Counted from the whole stretch's first letter, positions 26,160 to 37,191 are shown. The stretch is DNA of 58,544 nt, filler included, from Dugesia japonica (GCA_001938525.1; 5 parts of 5 records of this genome joined end to end with filler, not necessarily neighbours in it); one strand, 5' to 3'. Notes: a model not told the origin generated them from the sequence alone. Translations and numbers: made by a program.

Positions 26160-27660
26160 TGATTTTGCACAATCATGTGTTTCGCAATAAATGGACAAAA
26201 ACATGCTCCTAGTTTCCATGTGTAACCGAAAATTGCATGATGACCTGCTAATTTTAAAAATGTTAAGACATACCACCCAAATAAAATACATAAGAATATA
26301 TTGCCAAACCATTGCATTCCCTCCAAAAATCTATCTAAAAAATTACGCATTGCCTTTTTAAAATGATCTGCGTGTAATAGTGATTCAAAATTTACATCGT
26401 CTCCATTACTCCCTTTCGCTACTTTATCAACCATTATTGATATTATTTTTTCTCTTTGTATTGGAAAAGGCATATGTTTTCTTGCTTTCTCAATATCGTT
26501 AATTGTATAAATACCACGGTTTTCCATATTATCAATCCTTTCCATTTCTGTTTTTCTACTGAGTTCTATCATTTCCATCATCAGTGGAGTTGGTGCTGTC
26601 TTTCTGTCCGACACTGTTATCCATACCTCTTCAGTTAGTTTGTACATAGGATCAAGAATATTACTACACTTTTCAATCACTTTTGGTTAAAAATTTTATC
26701 TGTTAGAATTCTTGTTATTGGAAGCAAAAATACTTTCTCTACCTTATAAATTACTGGTAATTCATTAGTACATTTTTCATGATCTGTAAGCATAACTGCT
26801 ACTGGTTTACATTTAAAACTCACTCAAGTTTCTCCCACTATTCTTCCAAATCTTCCTCTTTCTTCAAACAAGAATGGTGTTATTAAATCCGGATTTGTGA
26901 CTACCATTGCCATTTTTGCTCTTAACAATTCTCGATTAGTTTTGCAAATTTTTATCATTGTTTCTTGATATATTCTATCTACTTGTCTTATAATTTCATG
27001 ATAGAGAAAATCAATTTTGTTGTTGAAATATGTAGCTATTTGTACGTCCAATTTATCTACCTTTGGTCTGACATCTTTAATTTCTATTGTTTATAGATAC
27101 AGCCCATTATAATTTGTAACTGTCACTGCCACTCCACACTTTGTACCTACTCATTTTTCAATAAGTCTTAATGCCTCTTGTGTTGAATTTGATATATATA
27201 CTGTTGGTGTTGCCTTTTCACCAATCAGGGTTGCTTTCCTTTTTGCATCTTGTATGTTAGGTGGCTTATCCGTTGGTAAAGTTCCACTAACTTTTCTCAT
27301 TACCACTGCCCTTAATTTCGTACGTGTACATTCAAATGGATTTACTTTATACAGGATCATAGACTCTCCAGTGTCACAACTTATATCTTTTGAGCTACAA
27401 AATGGATATGTCATCATCTTCTTCTTCAAATTTTACGCTACATTCATGCGTCTACATGTGCGAAATCAGATTCTTGATATAAATGTATGATTTTTGGATT
27501 TGATATTTTTATTTTCGTCGGATGCGCCTCCGGACATTCTCAACATCTAATAATGAGTACTTTTACCCCATTTTGGAGTATTACAATCATATGCTACCAT
27601 CGCATTTGCTCCTCTTGCTAACTCTAATAGCATTATTATAATTGTTATTATTGTACCCAT
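26160..27660 (-). pseudogene. Envelope glycoprotein, chuvirus-like class III fusion family, fragmented
   Basis: Signal peptide MGTIITIIIMLLELARGANA, then MVAYDC..YSLLDVEEC..IHLYQE. Core DVQIATYFNNKIDFL..KICKTNRELL..GRIVGE..FKCKPVAV..CTNELPV..FLLPITRIL..CSNILDPMY. TM WFGNIFLCILFGWYVLTFLKL. The motif order matches chuvirus-type glycoproteins. Confidence 0.85.
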
Positions 27661-27762
27661 TAGTGGTCGATTTGATTTTTTGGTCTCTTTGTTAATGAGT
27701 TTCTTTATTTCATCCTCCTGCTCTGTTGGCTGAATTTTTTGTTTACGATTACTTGTTGGATA

Positions 27763-28122
27763 TAACGTTTCCAAACCTCCTTCTTGCGTGATCCACGCGT
27801 TAATTCCTCTGTTCAAAAACTGATTAACTATTCGTTCTACAACTTCAATGTTTTTTTCAGGTCTCTAAACTAATTCTTCCCGATTCTTGAGTATTAGATA
27901 CAAAATAGCTGTAACTACCTTATTTTTGTTTATTCCTTCATTCATCATTGTTTTTAATACTTTATAATCATCAATTTCTAGATCTGTTATTATCAATTTG
28001 CTCACTTCTTTTAATATGAGTTTCATTTCCTCGAATATCATTAGTGCTCTATTCTGAGTTATTATACAATCATATAGATCAGCGTGTACCAATTTAATTA
28101 GGCTTCTTATAAGTCCTTGATC
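27763..28122 (-). pseudogene. Bcl-2-like helical domain (one in-frame stop at 27865-27867)
   Basis: BH1-like MMNEGINKNKVVTAILYL (cf. LFRDGVNWGRIVAFF) and BH2-like FLNRGINAWITQEGGLETL (cf. YLNRHLHTWIQDNGGWDAF), at plausible spacing in one frame. Confidence 0.65.
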
Positions 28123-28469
28123 TGATCCTGCTGATGCTTGCTCATCACATCTTTATGATATATTATTCAAATGTTAAGCCTGCAATTTTTCTGGTATTAT
28201 ATCCTATGATTTTGGTCTACCTCTTGATCTCTTGTAGTCTGATACTTTGTCTTTAAATATTTTCTGTCTTAGTATTTCACTTCTTGCATTATCTGATGTT
28301 GATGATTTTCCAACTCTTGTGCTTGATGTTGGTAGCTATTTTGTCTTTTTTTTGTCTTTTTTTCTTGCTGGCTTGCTCTTTCTTCCTAGACTCTATCTGC
28401 TTGTGCCATCATACTCAAAATTTCCTACATAGATGGTTGTTGATTATTTTTTATGCTTGTGATGTATGT

Positions 28470-28714
28470 TTCATTATCGTTGCTTTTATGATGGTAACAT
28501 TACCTGGAATAATTCCATATTCCATCAAAGTATTATTCTCATTTAACTCTGTATTATAAAAAGATAATTGTATCACATTTTCATTTTGTAACACTATTGG
28601 CCAATCTCTTTTCAACGTTTTATATAATTTATTCGTTTTTGTACACGCATGCATCGTCAGTTCTAATGCTGTTAAAGAACAATCGTTTTGTTCTGCTATT
28701 ACTTTGACATTTAA
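28470..28714 (-). pseudogene. Ubiquitin-like (beta-grasp) domain
   Basis: LNVKVIA..ALELTM..TKTNKLYKTLK..IQLSFYNTELNENNTLMEYGI (cf. [21 protein letters not shown]). Confidence 0.65.
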
Positions 28715-29099
28715 CGACTCCTGTCAGGTTTCATTTCTTTTCACATGTTCACTATATTTTTGAAATATCTCATCTATTGCTTCCAAATTCTCTGATATCT
28801 CTATTTTACTTCGAATTTTTGCTAAAATGATTATTATTAGTTTAATTTTCTGAAGGTTGATAGGATATTCATTAATATCTTTCAAATATTGCAAGAATCT
28901 AAGTTTATTAGTTCTTTCTTTTGTTATCTCTAATCGGACATTCTCTATCAATATTTCTTGCTTCCTTTCATCAATTGCATCTAAATCCACTTCTCTTGGC
29001 TCACACATATTGATTTCATATTTCTCTCTCTTGCTGTCTCTCCATCATAAGCTGATAATGTATTTTCATATCTTCTAACTCACTTCTCATATTTTCATA

Positions 29100-30269
29100 A
29101 GCTTCATTATCGATTACTTCAATAGCATTAGCTTCTCTTGTATCTGGACTGAATGATACATCTTCTTTTAGAATACTTCTAAATTCATTTGGTTTATTTC
29201 TACTTACTCTTGCTATATATTCATATTTATTACAATTATAACACTTTATTTGCTCACTGTTGTTTAATTTATCTCTACTTTCATTTGAAAAATACGGGCT
29301 TGGACTTTTTATATTATCATATTTCTTTGGACTATATCTCGATTATCTCGATTATATCCTCTTGCAGGACTTGCGTTCCTGTCATAATTTCTACCTGGGT
29401 TGAAATTTTTATTATAATTGTTATAATTTCTTCCAGGACTCGAATTTCGATTTTAATTGTTATAGCTCTTTCCGGGGCTTGAATTTCTATTGTAGTTATT
29501 GTAATTTCTCCCAGGACTTGAGTTTCTGCTGTAATTGCTATCATTTCTTTGATAATATTCCGTTTTAAATATCACATCTTGATGTTTTCTACTATCTTGA
29601 CGATTTTGATATGCTTTCCTCATCTCATTCCATGACGATTCCTCGTTACTCGCTTCAATTGTATATATTTATCTGGTTTTCTCTTTATGCTTAGTATTCG
29701 CCTCAATTTGCTTTGCTTTTGTTGTTAGTTCCTCTAAATCTTTATATTCTGCTGCAATTAGACCATCTCGAATATGTTTATGTGTCCCATTCAGAAATTG
29801 AAATTCTATGATATGACCAGTATTATCTCCTTTTCCAAAAGCTTGTTCTGCTAACCTTGTTAATTCGTATATATATATTCGCTCACGGTTACATTTGATG
29901 ACTGTGTTCTATATCTGAACTTTTGCATGCAGACTCTTTCTGATTCACTTGGGACTATTATATTTTTATCAACTTTTTTATTAACTCATCCGATTTATCA
30001 GGTTTAACATCCATATTTTTGTAACATTTTAATGCATATTCCTTCAAATAAAGTGGTAATCGTTTAACTAATTCTGCTTCTGTCCATCCACAAGCTGTGG
30101 CACAAACATGCATATGCTCAAAGTATTAGTCCAATTCTCCAGGTTTCTTTGCATAAAACTGTATGAGTAATACATTCAATGTACCGCGGTATCCAAATCC
30201 ATCACCTATTTGATCATTAATCGGTAAATTTTTAAGTGGCATATTTTCATTATTATTTGCCGCCGCCAT
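29100..30269 (-). pseudogene. gag: gag (capsid, 13-aa repeats, degenerate zinc knuckle)
   Basis: ATG at 30269 (MAAANNNE). CATACGWTEAELVKRLPLYLKEYAL is a Ty3-capsid-like motif. Knuckle remnant CYNCNKYEYIARVS at ~29215-29256. Confidence 0.85.
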
Positions 30270-30646
30270 TTTTTGGATATTTCTGTTTCGCAACTTGTAT
30301 ACTATATTCTCTTCAATGATTATTCCTTCAGTTTCGTTTCAACTGATACACTAATCAAAAAAATTCTTCGGTTTCGTTTCAACTGATAAACTTTGAATGA
30401 CTGTTAACTTTATTATTTTAAGGGAACTGATTTTATATTATCAAAACTTTGGTAAGAGATTGCGGCAGGAATTCAATCCGATTCTAATACCAAACTTAAG
30501 ATAATCAAATTTATCAACTTTGATAAGAGATCGTAGTATAATTTTCTCTTATATCTGATATCAAACTGATCAATACACGGTATATTTTAATAAAGGTCTG
30601 AACATCCGCTTGATTTTAGATTAATTTTAATAATTTTTATTATTTT

Positions 30647-30667
30647 GATTCCTTGTTCGCGGCACCA
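30647..30667 (-). promoter_or_regulatory. Primer binding site, tRNA-His-like
   Basis: The minus strand TGGTGCCGCGAACAAGGAATC lies 4 nt downstream of the LTR end. It is complementary to a tRNA 3' end ...TCGCGGCACCA, resembling the His acceptor ...CACGGCA-CCA. Confidence 0.8.
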
Positions 30668-30671
30668 ATTT

Positions 30672-31540
30672 TGTTGGGTATTTCTACTCAACAAGTTATT
30701 TTATGGTTCGTTTGTTTTATAACTATTGTTCGATAGTATGTCAATGAATTTAAGGGTGTTTGAATTTACCCTGTATATGTTAATACGATATTATATAATA
30801 TATACCTTTAACTGAAAATTATAAATAATGTAATATGTGTAAGTACCCTATATATATAAACCAAAGATATACCTTTTACAATAATATATTTGGATGTATA
30901 AAATAATATAGGTACAAGCTTAAGACCTCATTAAGCAGTATTCTAAATCAGGTTGACGATGCCGCCCAGAGAGGTTGGATGTCAACTGACTAAAAGTTAC
31001 TGAACCACCACTGAAACAGATTAGTATTTATACTAATTCTGACCAGTAGATTTTCACACACACATAACATTAAAATATATCAATTAATAAAATAAATAAC
31101 ACCTGTATTTGTTTTCACAAAAAAATCAATAAAAATATATTAATTCCCCAATGTAGATTAAATTCCAATAATTTTTTTATACTCAATGCACAAAATTTAT
31201 TATAACAAAATTAATCAATAATTCAAATAAATAAAGTCAATTTTCTATGTACCAAATTTCTTACAACAAAAATCAATTAATAATTTCATTTACAAAATAA
31301 ATAAAGTCAGATAAATAATTTGAAAATCATTTAATTAAATAGCCAATTAAATAGGATGGGGATCCATTATTTTTGATGATTAATGAGTTTGGATTTGGAG
31401 CTGGAGGATATTGATTTGATTTGATTCTTTTTTTTCTTTTCATTGATTTCAAATATATATTTATTTACATGCTATGTATATGTATCTATATGTGTTTATT
31501 ACTTTGTGATATATGTATCTATTGCTTTGTAACCTCAACA
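30672..31540 (-). repeat. 5' LTR (~870 bp)
   Basis: Bounded by inverted TGTTG...CAACA termini and directly adjacent to the PBS. The outer boundary is inferred because no second LTR is available. Confidence 0.65.
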
Positions 31541-31550
31541 ACTATTCAAA

Positions 31551-31557
31551 TAATAAA

Positions 31558-31602
<45 letters not shown>
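31551..31602. repeat. (AAT)n microsatellite
   Basis: Direct reading. Confidence 0.95.
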
Positions 31603-32605
31603 CTTGGAAACTAAAAATATTTATATAACAAATCCTATACAGAAAATGTTTAGTTTTTAATTCTATGACGATCAATACCAATTTCAAAACCATACGATAA
31701 AATTTAACCGAAAATTTAAAAAACAAATTTTTGATATTCGAATTTCACAAGCTAAAATTTGACCGTTCTAGCCCGAATTTAAAACCTTTCTCATGGATTC
31801 GTAACATCCAATCGAAATATTGCATGTTAAAAACAGCAAAACAGTCAAAATGTCAAAAACAGTCAGCGGCGGGGAAGACTATTCACTTGCGCTATTATCT
31901 ACCTACTATTTGAGTTCACATTGAATTTGAAAATAAAACTAAATTATTTTATATTTCTAATATATACTTGAATATAACGCTTGCCTACTTTATTCGGGGA
32001 AGACAGTTGTAATCTCTTAATATCTACTTGTATATATGAATCATTAATTTCAATGAAAATTAAATTATGTAGTATCAATTTATGCCTTTACTCTACTAAC
32101 TTAACTATAATTCTTACATGAATTAAGAAAGTAATTCTCTGCAAAATAATTCATGCCCATCACCTCCCTTTCAAAATTTGAATACTTACTTTTGAGTAAT
32201 TTATACAATGTTTTATTTGTTAATTTTTTTCAATAATAATTATACAATAGTAAATATTTTTTTCTAGTCACCATAAATTCTTGTTAATCATTGCGTTTGC
32301 ATTTTTATTAAGACCAAAAGATCATTTTAGTTTAGTTTAGTCTTAGACTAAATATTTTTAAAAGATCTTTTTAAAAAATATTAGAAGAAATAAAAATATT
32401 GTTTGAAAACTCTAAATAAATTAGCACTTATTTGTATTTGTTGATGACTTCTTATTAAGAAGTTTTAATTAAGTTTTCTAAAAAATAAAATTTATCAAAC
32501 TTATTAAATGTAATACTAATTTTAATTTAGAAATTTTATCAAAGACTTAATTAAAAGATAACTATTTGTGTAAAATAATTTTTAAATAAATTCTCAGTTT
32601 TTCTA

Positions 32606-33210
32606 ATGAGTTCTCAAAATATTCCTCCACCTCCGCAATATCCAAATTATTCTAATAATGATTTAGCAGGTAAAATTGTAAATGGTATTTATATAAATAA
32701 CTTTTTGAAATTTCAGAAGCAAATATTTCCAAGGAAGGGTCAATAATGGAAAATTCAGTTGTAATTTAATAATAAATTTTGTAAACGGTGTAATGATGAA
32801 TTATTGCTAGATTTATATCTCAGACAATGGATCTCCAAATTATAAGTCGACACTATATAATACACCAAATCAGATCTTACCGAATCTTGTAAATTCAATA
32901 AACAGCACATATCAAAATTTACCTCCAAAAAGTCCTAAATCGAACTACAGAAATGTAATAAATAGCAACAATAATAACAGTGGTCTCATGAATAACAACA
33001 ACATTGACAATCACAATAATTTAATGAGTAATAACATAAATAATCTTCAAAAAATACCAACTCAATGGCGACCGCAACCGATAATGGAGAATTCTTTCCC
33101 TAATGACTTCCATGGTATTCCACGCATCTATCAGAACAGCAACAGTAATTTCAATACGAAACCGATCCAACCGCAATATTGGATGATGAAACCGAAAGAA
33201 GAATGGGAAG
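32606..33210 (+). CDS. First three coding exons (32606-32669, 32717-32760, 32811-33210) of an unidentified N/P/Q-rich host protein
   Basis: ATG, then two GT-AG introns of 47 and 50 bp with consistent phases, giving an open frame MSSQNIPPPPQYPNYSNNDLAEANISKEGSIMENSVIYISDNGSP...YWMMKPKEEWE. Donor at 33211. Confidence 0.7.
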
Positions 33211-33299
33211 GTTCGATTTGATTTATTATTTTAATATTTTATTTTACCTGCAAAATTTATCAAATTTAATAATCGATTAAATAATTTTTAATTGATTTT

Positions 33300-34945
33300 A
33301 ATATGAAATATGAATATGTAGTTTATTTAATTAATAATAATAAATGAATTAATCAAATATTAATTAATTAAATAATAAATAATCAAATATTAATTTATCA
33401 AATATTTATTAATTAATCAAAAAATAACTAATTAAATATTAATTAATCATATATTAAGTAATAATTCAAATATTTATTAATTAATCAAATATTAATTAAA
33501 TAAATATTAATTTATTTTATCAAATATTCAAATATTAATCAAGAATTAATTAATCAAATAATAAATAACCCAATATTAATTAATCGTATATAAAGTAATT
33601 AATCAAATATTTAATAATTAATCAAATATTAATTAATTTTCAAATAATTATTAATCAAATATTAATTAATTTATCAATTATTAATAAATTAAATATTAAT
33701 TAATTTATTAAATATTAATTTATCAAAAATAAATTAATTAATCAAATATTTAATAATTAATCCAATATTAATTTATAAAATTTTTTTAAATCAAATATTA
33801 ATTAATCAAATATTAATTAATCGTATATAAATTAATCGTATATTAAGTAATTAATCAAATATTTTTTAATTAATCAAATATTTAATAATTTATCAAATAT
33901 TAATTTATTTTTCAAATAATTATTAATCAAATATTAATTAATTTATCAAATATTAATTTATCAAAAATAAATTAATTAATCCAATATTAATTTATCAAAT
34001 TTTTTTAAATCAAATATTAATTAATCAAATATTAATTAATTTATCAAATATTAATTTATCATAAATAAATTAATTAATCAAATAATAAATAATCAAATTT
34101 TAATTAATTAATAAAATATTAATTAATCAAATATTAATTAATTTATCAAATATTAACCTATCAAATATTAATTTTATCAAAATATAATTTATTAATCAAA
34201 TATTAATTAATTAAATAAATCTTAATTTATCAAATATTCAAATATTAATCAAGAATTAACTAATCAAATAATAAATAATCAAATTTTAATTAATGAATAA
34301 AATATTAATTAATAAATTATTTAATAATTAATACAATATTAATTTATCAAAATATAATTAATTAATCTAATATTTTTTAATCAAATTATTATGTTTTAAA
34401 TATTTATTAACTAAATAAATATTAATTAATCAAATATTAATTAATTAAATAAATATTAATTTTATCAAGTATTCAAATATTAATCAAGAATTAATTAATC
34501 AAATAATAAATAATCCAATATTAATTAATCGTATATTAAGTAATTAATCAAATATTTTTTAATTAATCAAATATTTAATAATTAATCAAATATTAATTAA
34601 TGAAATAATTATTAATTTATCAAATAATAATTTTCTCAAAATATAATTAATTAATCAAATACTAATAAATTTATCAAAAATTTATTAATTAATCATATTA
34701 ATTAATTAATCAAATATTTATTATTTAATCAAATAATTATTAATCAAATATTTATGAATTAATCCAATAATTATTAATCAAATTTTAATTAATTAATTAA
34801 ATATTAATTAATCAAATCATTAATAATTAATCAAATATTAATTAATTAAGTATTAATTAATTAATCAAATATTATTTAATCAAATATTGATTAATAAAAT
34901 ATTAATTAATTAATCAAATAATCAAATTAAATAAATAAATCAAAT
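33300..34945. repeat. Degenerate extremely AT-rich satellite built from AATCAAATATT/AATTAATT units
   Basis: About 1.6 kb of near-continuous variants with almost no G on the + strand. Confidence 0.9.
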
Positions 34946-34949
34946 TTTC

Positions 34950-35480
34950 GACCAATGATATTCTGAACCAATCTGTTGTCATGGAGAGAGTGATGAATGC
35001 ACTATGAGAAAGAAGCATTTTGCAATAGTAATTTATAGGCAGTTTTTAATTCTGTGTCGAATGATACCAAATTCGAAAACATAAACACACACACAGTGAG
35101 AATGGCGTATTCTTCTGTATTTTGATTGTTTCATATTGACCCACAAAGAAACAGACAAATTGAAAGACAGTTGAGAACAATTCGAGATTTAATTAATGCG
35201 ACATTTCAGGAGAGAAAGACAACAGATTTGACAGATCTATTAGCAGGAAATAGAATTCACGATAAACACATGAAAGCAGAAGACGACTGGAAAGAGCCCG
35301 ACTGAGATCGTATTTGGAAAGAAAATTTGCAGGGAAAAAAAGTGGTGCGAGTCAGACTTTTAGAGAGGAAAATAAGAAAAAAAGATAACAAAATTTCTTG
35401 ATTGTTACACTTATTGAGCGGGAGGTTACAGATTTCCACGAGAGGAATAGAGGGCCCAGAGGTAAATGGAGGGGGGCATT
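34950..35480 (+). mobile_element. Ty3/Gypsy integrase fragment with PPT
   Basis: IERQLRTIRDLINATF..EFTINT..TGKSPTEIVFG, related to 11133-11690. PPT GGAGGGGGGC at ~35468-35477. Confidence 0.75.
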
Positions 35481-35990
35481 AGGACAGTCGAGAAGTACGG
35501 TCGAGGCGTATAATATGACAAAGCTTAAATATGGAAATTAAAAATCAAGAATTAACATAAATCAATAATAAATATTTGTGATCGATTAGTAATATAGAAG
35601 TTATTATTGCTATTATTTTTATAATTATCCATAAATCTGTTGAAAAGTTAGTTTATTTCAATTTTAATCTTTGCCTTACCGTGATAAAAAAAAGTTACTC
35701 ACGTTCCTCTGTTGTTACGATTTATAATAATATACGGAGAGCTCTAAAAAAACTGTGCTCAACATCAAATAATGACCAAGATGAAAACGTTAACAATAAT
35801 CAAGAAAAAGTAACTATAAAACACTCATTCTTGGAAGGATCTAAATCATTATAATGCTCCCTCATTTTGATGATGATGATAAATTTAGATTAATTTTCAC
35901 TTCAAAGAAAACCTCAAGTTATTATTNNNNNNNNNNNNNNNNNNNNNNNNNNNNNNNNNNNNNNNNNNNNNNNNNNNNNNNNNNNNNNNN

Positions 35991-36322
35991 AAAATAAAGA
36001 AAAAGCTTCGATCAAAATGAAATGTATTTGTAAAAAAGTTCAAATTTTCGACAATAGTCTTCTTCAGGAACATGACGACTTATTGATTGATTCAAAACAA
36101 TAGATCTTTGTTACTCAATTCTTTAGATTTTATCGGATTTTTATTGGTTTATTTAACAAAAAAATAAAATAAAAATCTGATAAAATCTAAAGAATTGAGT
36201 AACAAAGATCTATTGTTTTGAAGCAATCAAGAAGTTGTCATGTTCCTGAAGAAGACTATTGTCGAAAATTTGAACTTTTATACAAATCCATTTTATTTTG
36301 ATGGAAGCTTTTTCTTTATTTT
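35991..36322. mobile_element. Long palindrome (~155-bp arms) with a minimal hammerhead ribozyme in each arm
   Basis: The arms are near-perfect reverse complements. Hammerheads at 36242-36275 (+) and 36038-36071 (-). Confidence 0.8.
36242..36275 (+). ncRNA. Minimal type I hammerhead ribozyme
   Basis: GTTC-CTGAAGA-A-GAC tatt GTC-GAAA-AT-TT-GAAC: stem I GTTC/GAAC and 3-bp stem II. The cleavage-site base is U, which is non-canonical. Confidence 0.7.
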
Positions 36323-36359
36323 AATGAAATAACAAATCTACAACATCAAAAGCTTTGCT

Positions 36360-36880
36360 CGCTAACCTAGTTTATCAATTTAATTGTAACGGGTGTGATG
36401 CCATGTACATTACAGAGACAAAACTTCATCTCCGCCCACACGAGTTAGCGAGCATATATATATTGAGTAGGAAAAGTGCGGTTTTAGATGATGTCTGTTG
36501 CTGCAAATATAGAAAAGAAAAATAAGCATTGATGAGTTTACAGTTTTGAACAGCGGTTTTGGTAACTATTCTGAAAGAATTGCATGTGAGGCTTTGAGAA
36601 TTAGGTTGCATAATTCGATTATTCTTAATACTCAGATTGACACACACACACACATATATTCACTTTACAATTTATTTTAATCTTATTTTATTGGATTGAT
36701 TACGTAACAGGTTTTATTGGCCAGTATATAAACAAGTTCCTCTCTTATTTTACAACAGTAACTGATGATGGACAACATAGATTTGTCCGAAACATACCTT
36801 GCAAATAAAAATAAATAAAAATCAGAAACAAACGATTTAAAATCGGTTTAAAAAAAGTATATTTATAGACATTTATAGCG
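36360..36880 (+). mobile_element. Penelope-like element: GIY-YIG endonuclease remnant plus 3' pLTR with degenerate hammerhead (36758-36802)
   Basis: LVYQFNCNGCDAMYITETK..TRVSEH ... CEALRIR..ILNTQ, then CTGATGA T GGACAA-catagat-TTGTCC GAAAC. Confidence 0.75.
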
Positions 36881-37191
36881 TTTAATTAGTCACAGCAACA
36901 TAAAGAATTCAGCAAACCGAATACTTTATCGTCTATAAAATGGGTTTATCAGACTTTTCAAATTTTGTACCAGATAAATATGAAACAAAAGTCTATGTAC
37001 CACGATAAAAGCATTTTGCCATTAAAAATCAATTCATTCTAAATGGAGTGTATATAATCAAAGAATAAAACACTTTAAAATTTAAATAATAACAAAATAG
37101 AAACGACTGCAAATGAAATTTTTTTTTCTGTAAAAATTGTACCACTAAAAATATTGTAATTTACCACAGTTTGAGAACCATTGGTCTATAA

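Larger units (their letters stand above)
20438..31540 (-). mobile_element. Large env-bearing Ty3/Gypsy LTR retrotransposon (>11 kb, 3' LTR lost at the gap), with multiple stops and frameshifts
   Basis: 5' LTR, tRNA PBS and gag, then accessory domains and a glycoprotein, then PR-RT-RH-IN in Ty3/Gypsy order, then further 3' ORF remnants, all on the minus strand. Confidence 0.9.

Noticed and set aside
28400-28445. RRM RNP2-like STTIYVGNF in the Gypsy accessory region
   Set aside because: No RNP1 or remainder of the domain follows; too short to support.
23155-29482. Numerous plus-strand ORFs over the Gypsy element
   Set aside because: They are antisense shadows of the minus-strand coding sequence with no motifs of their own.
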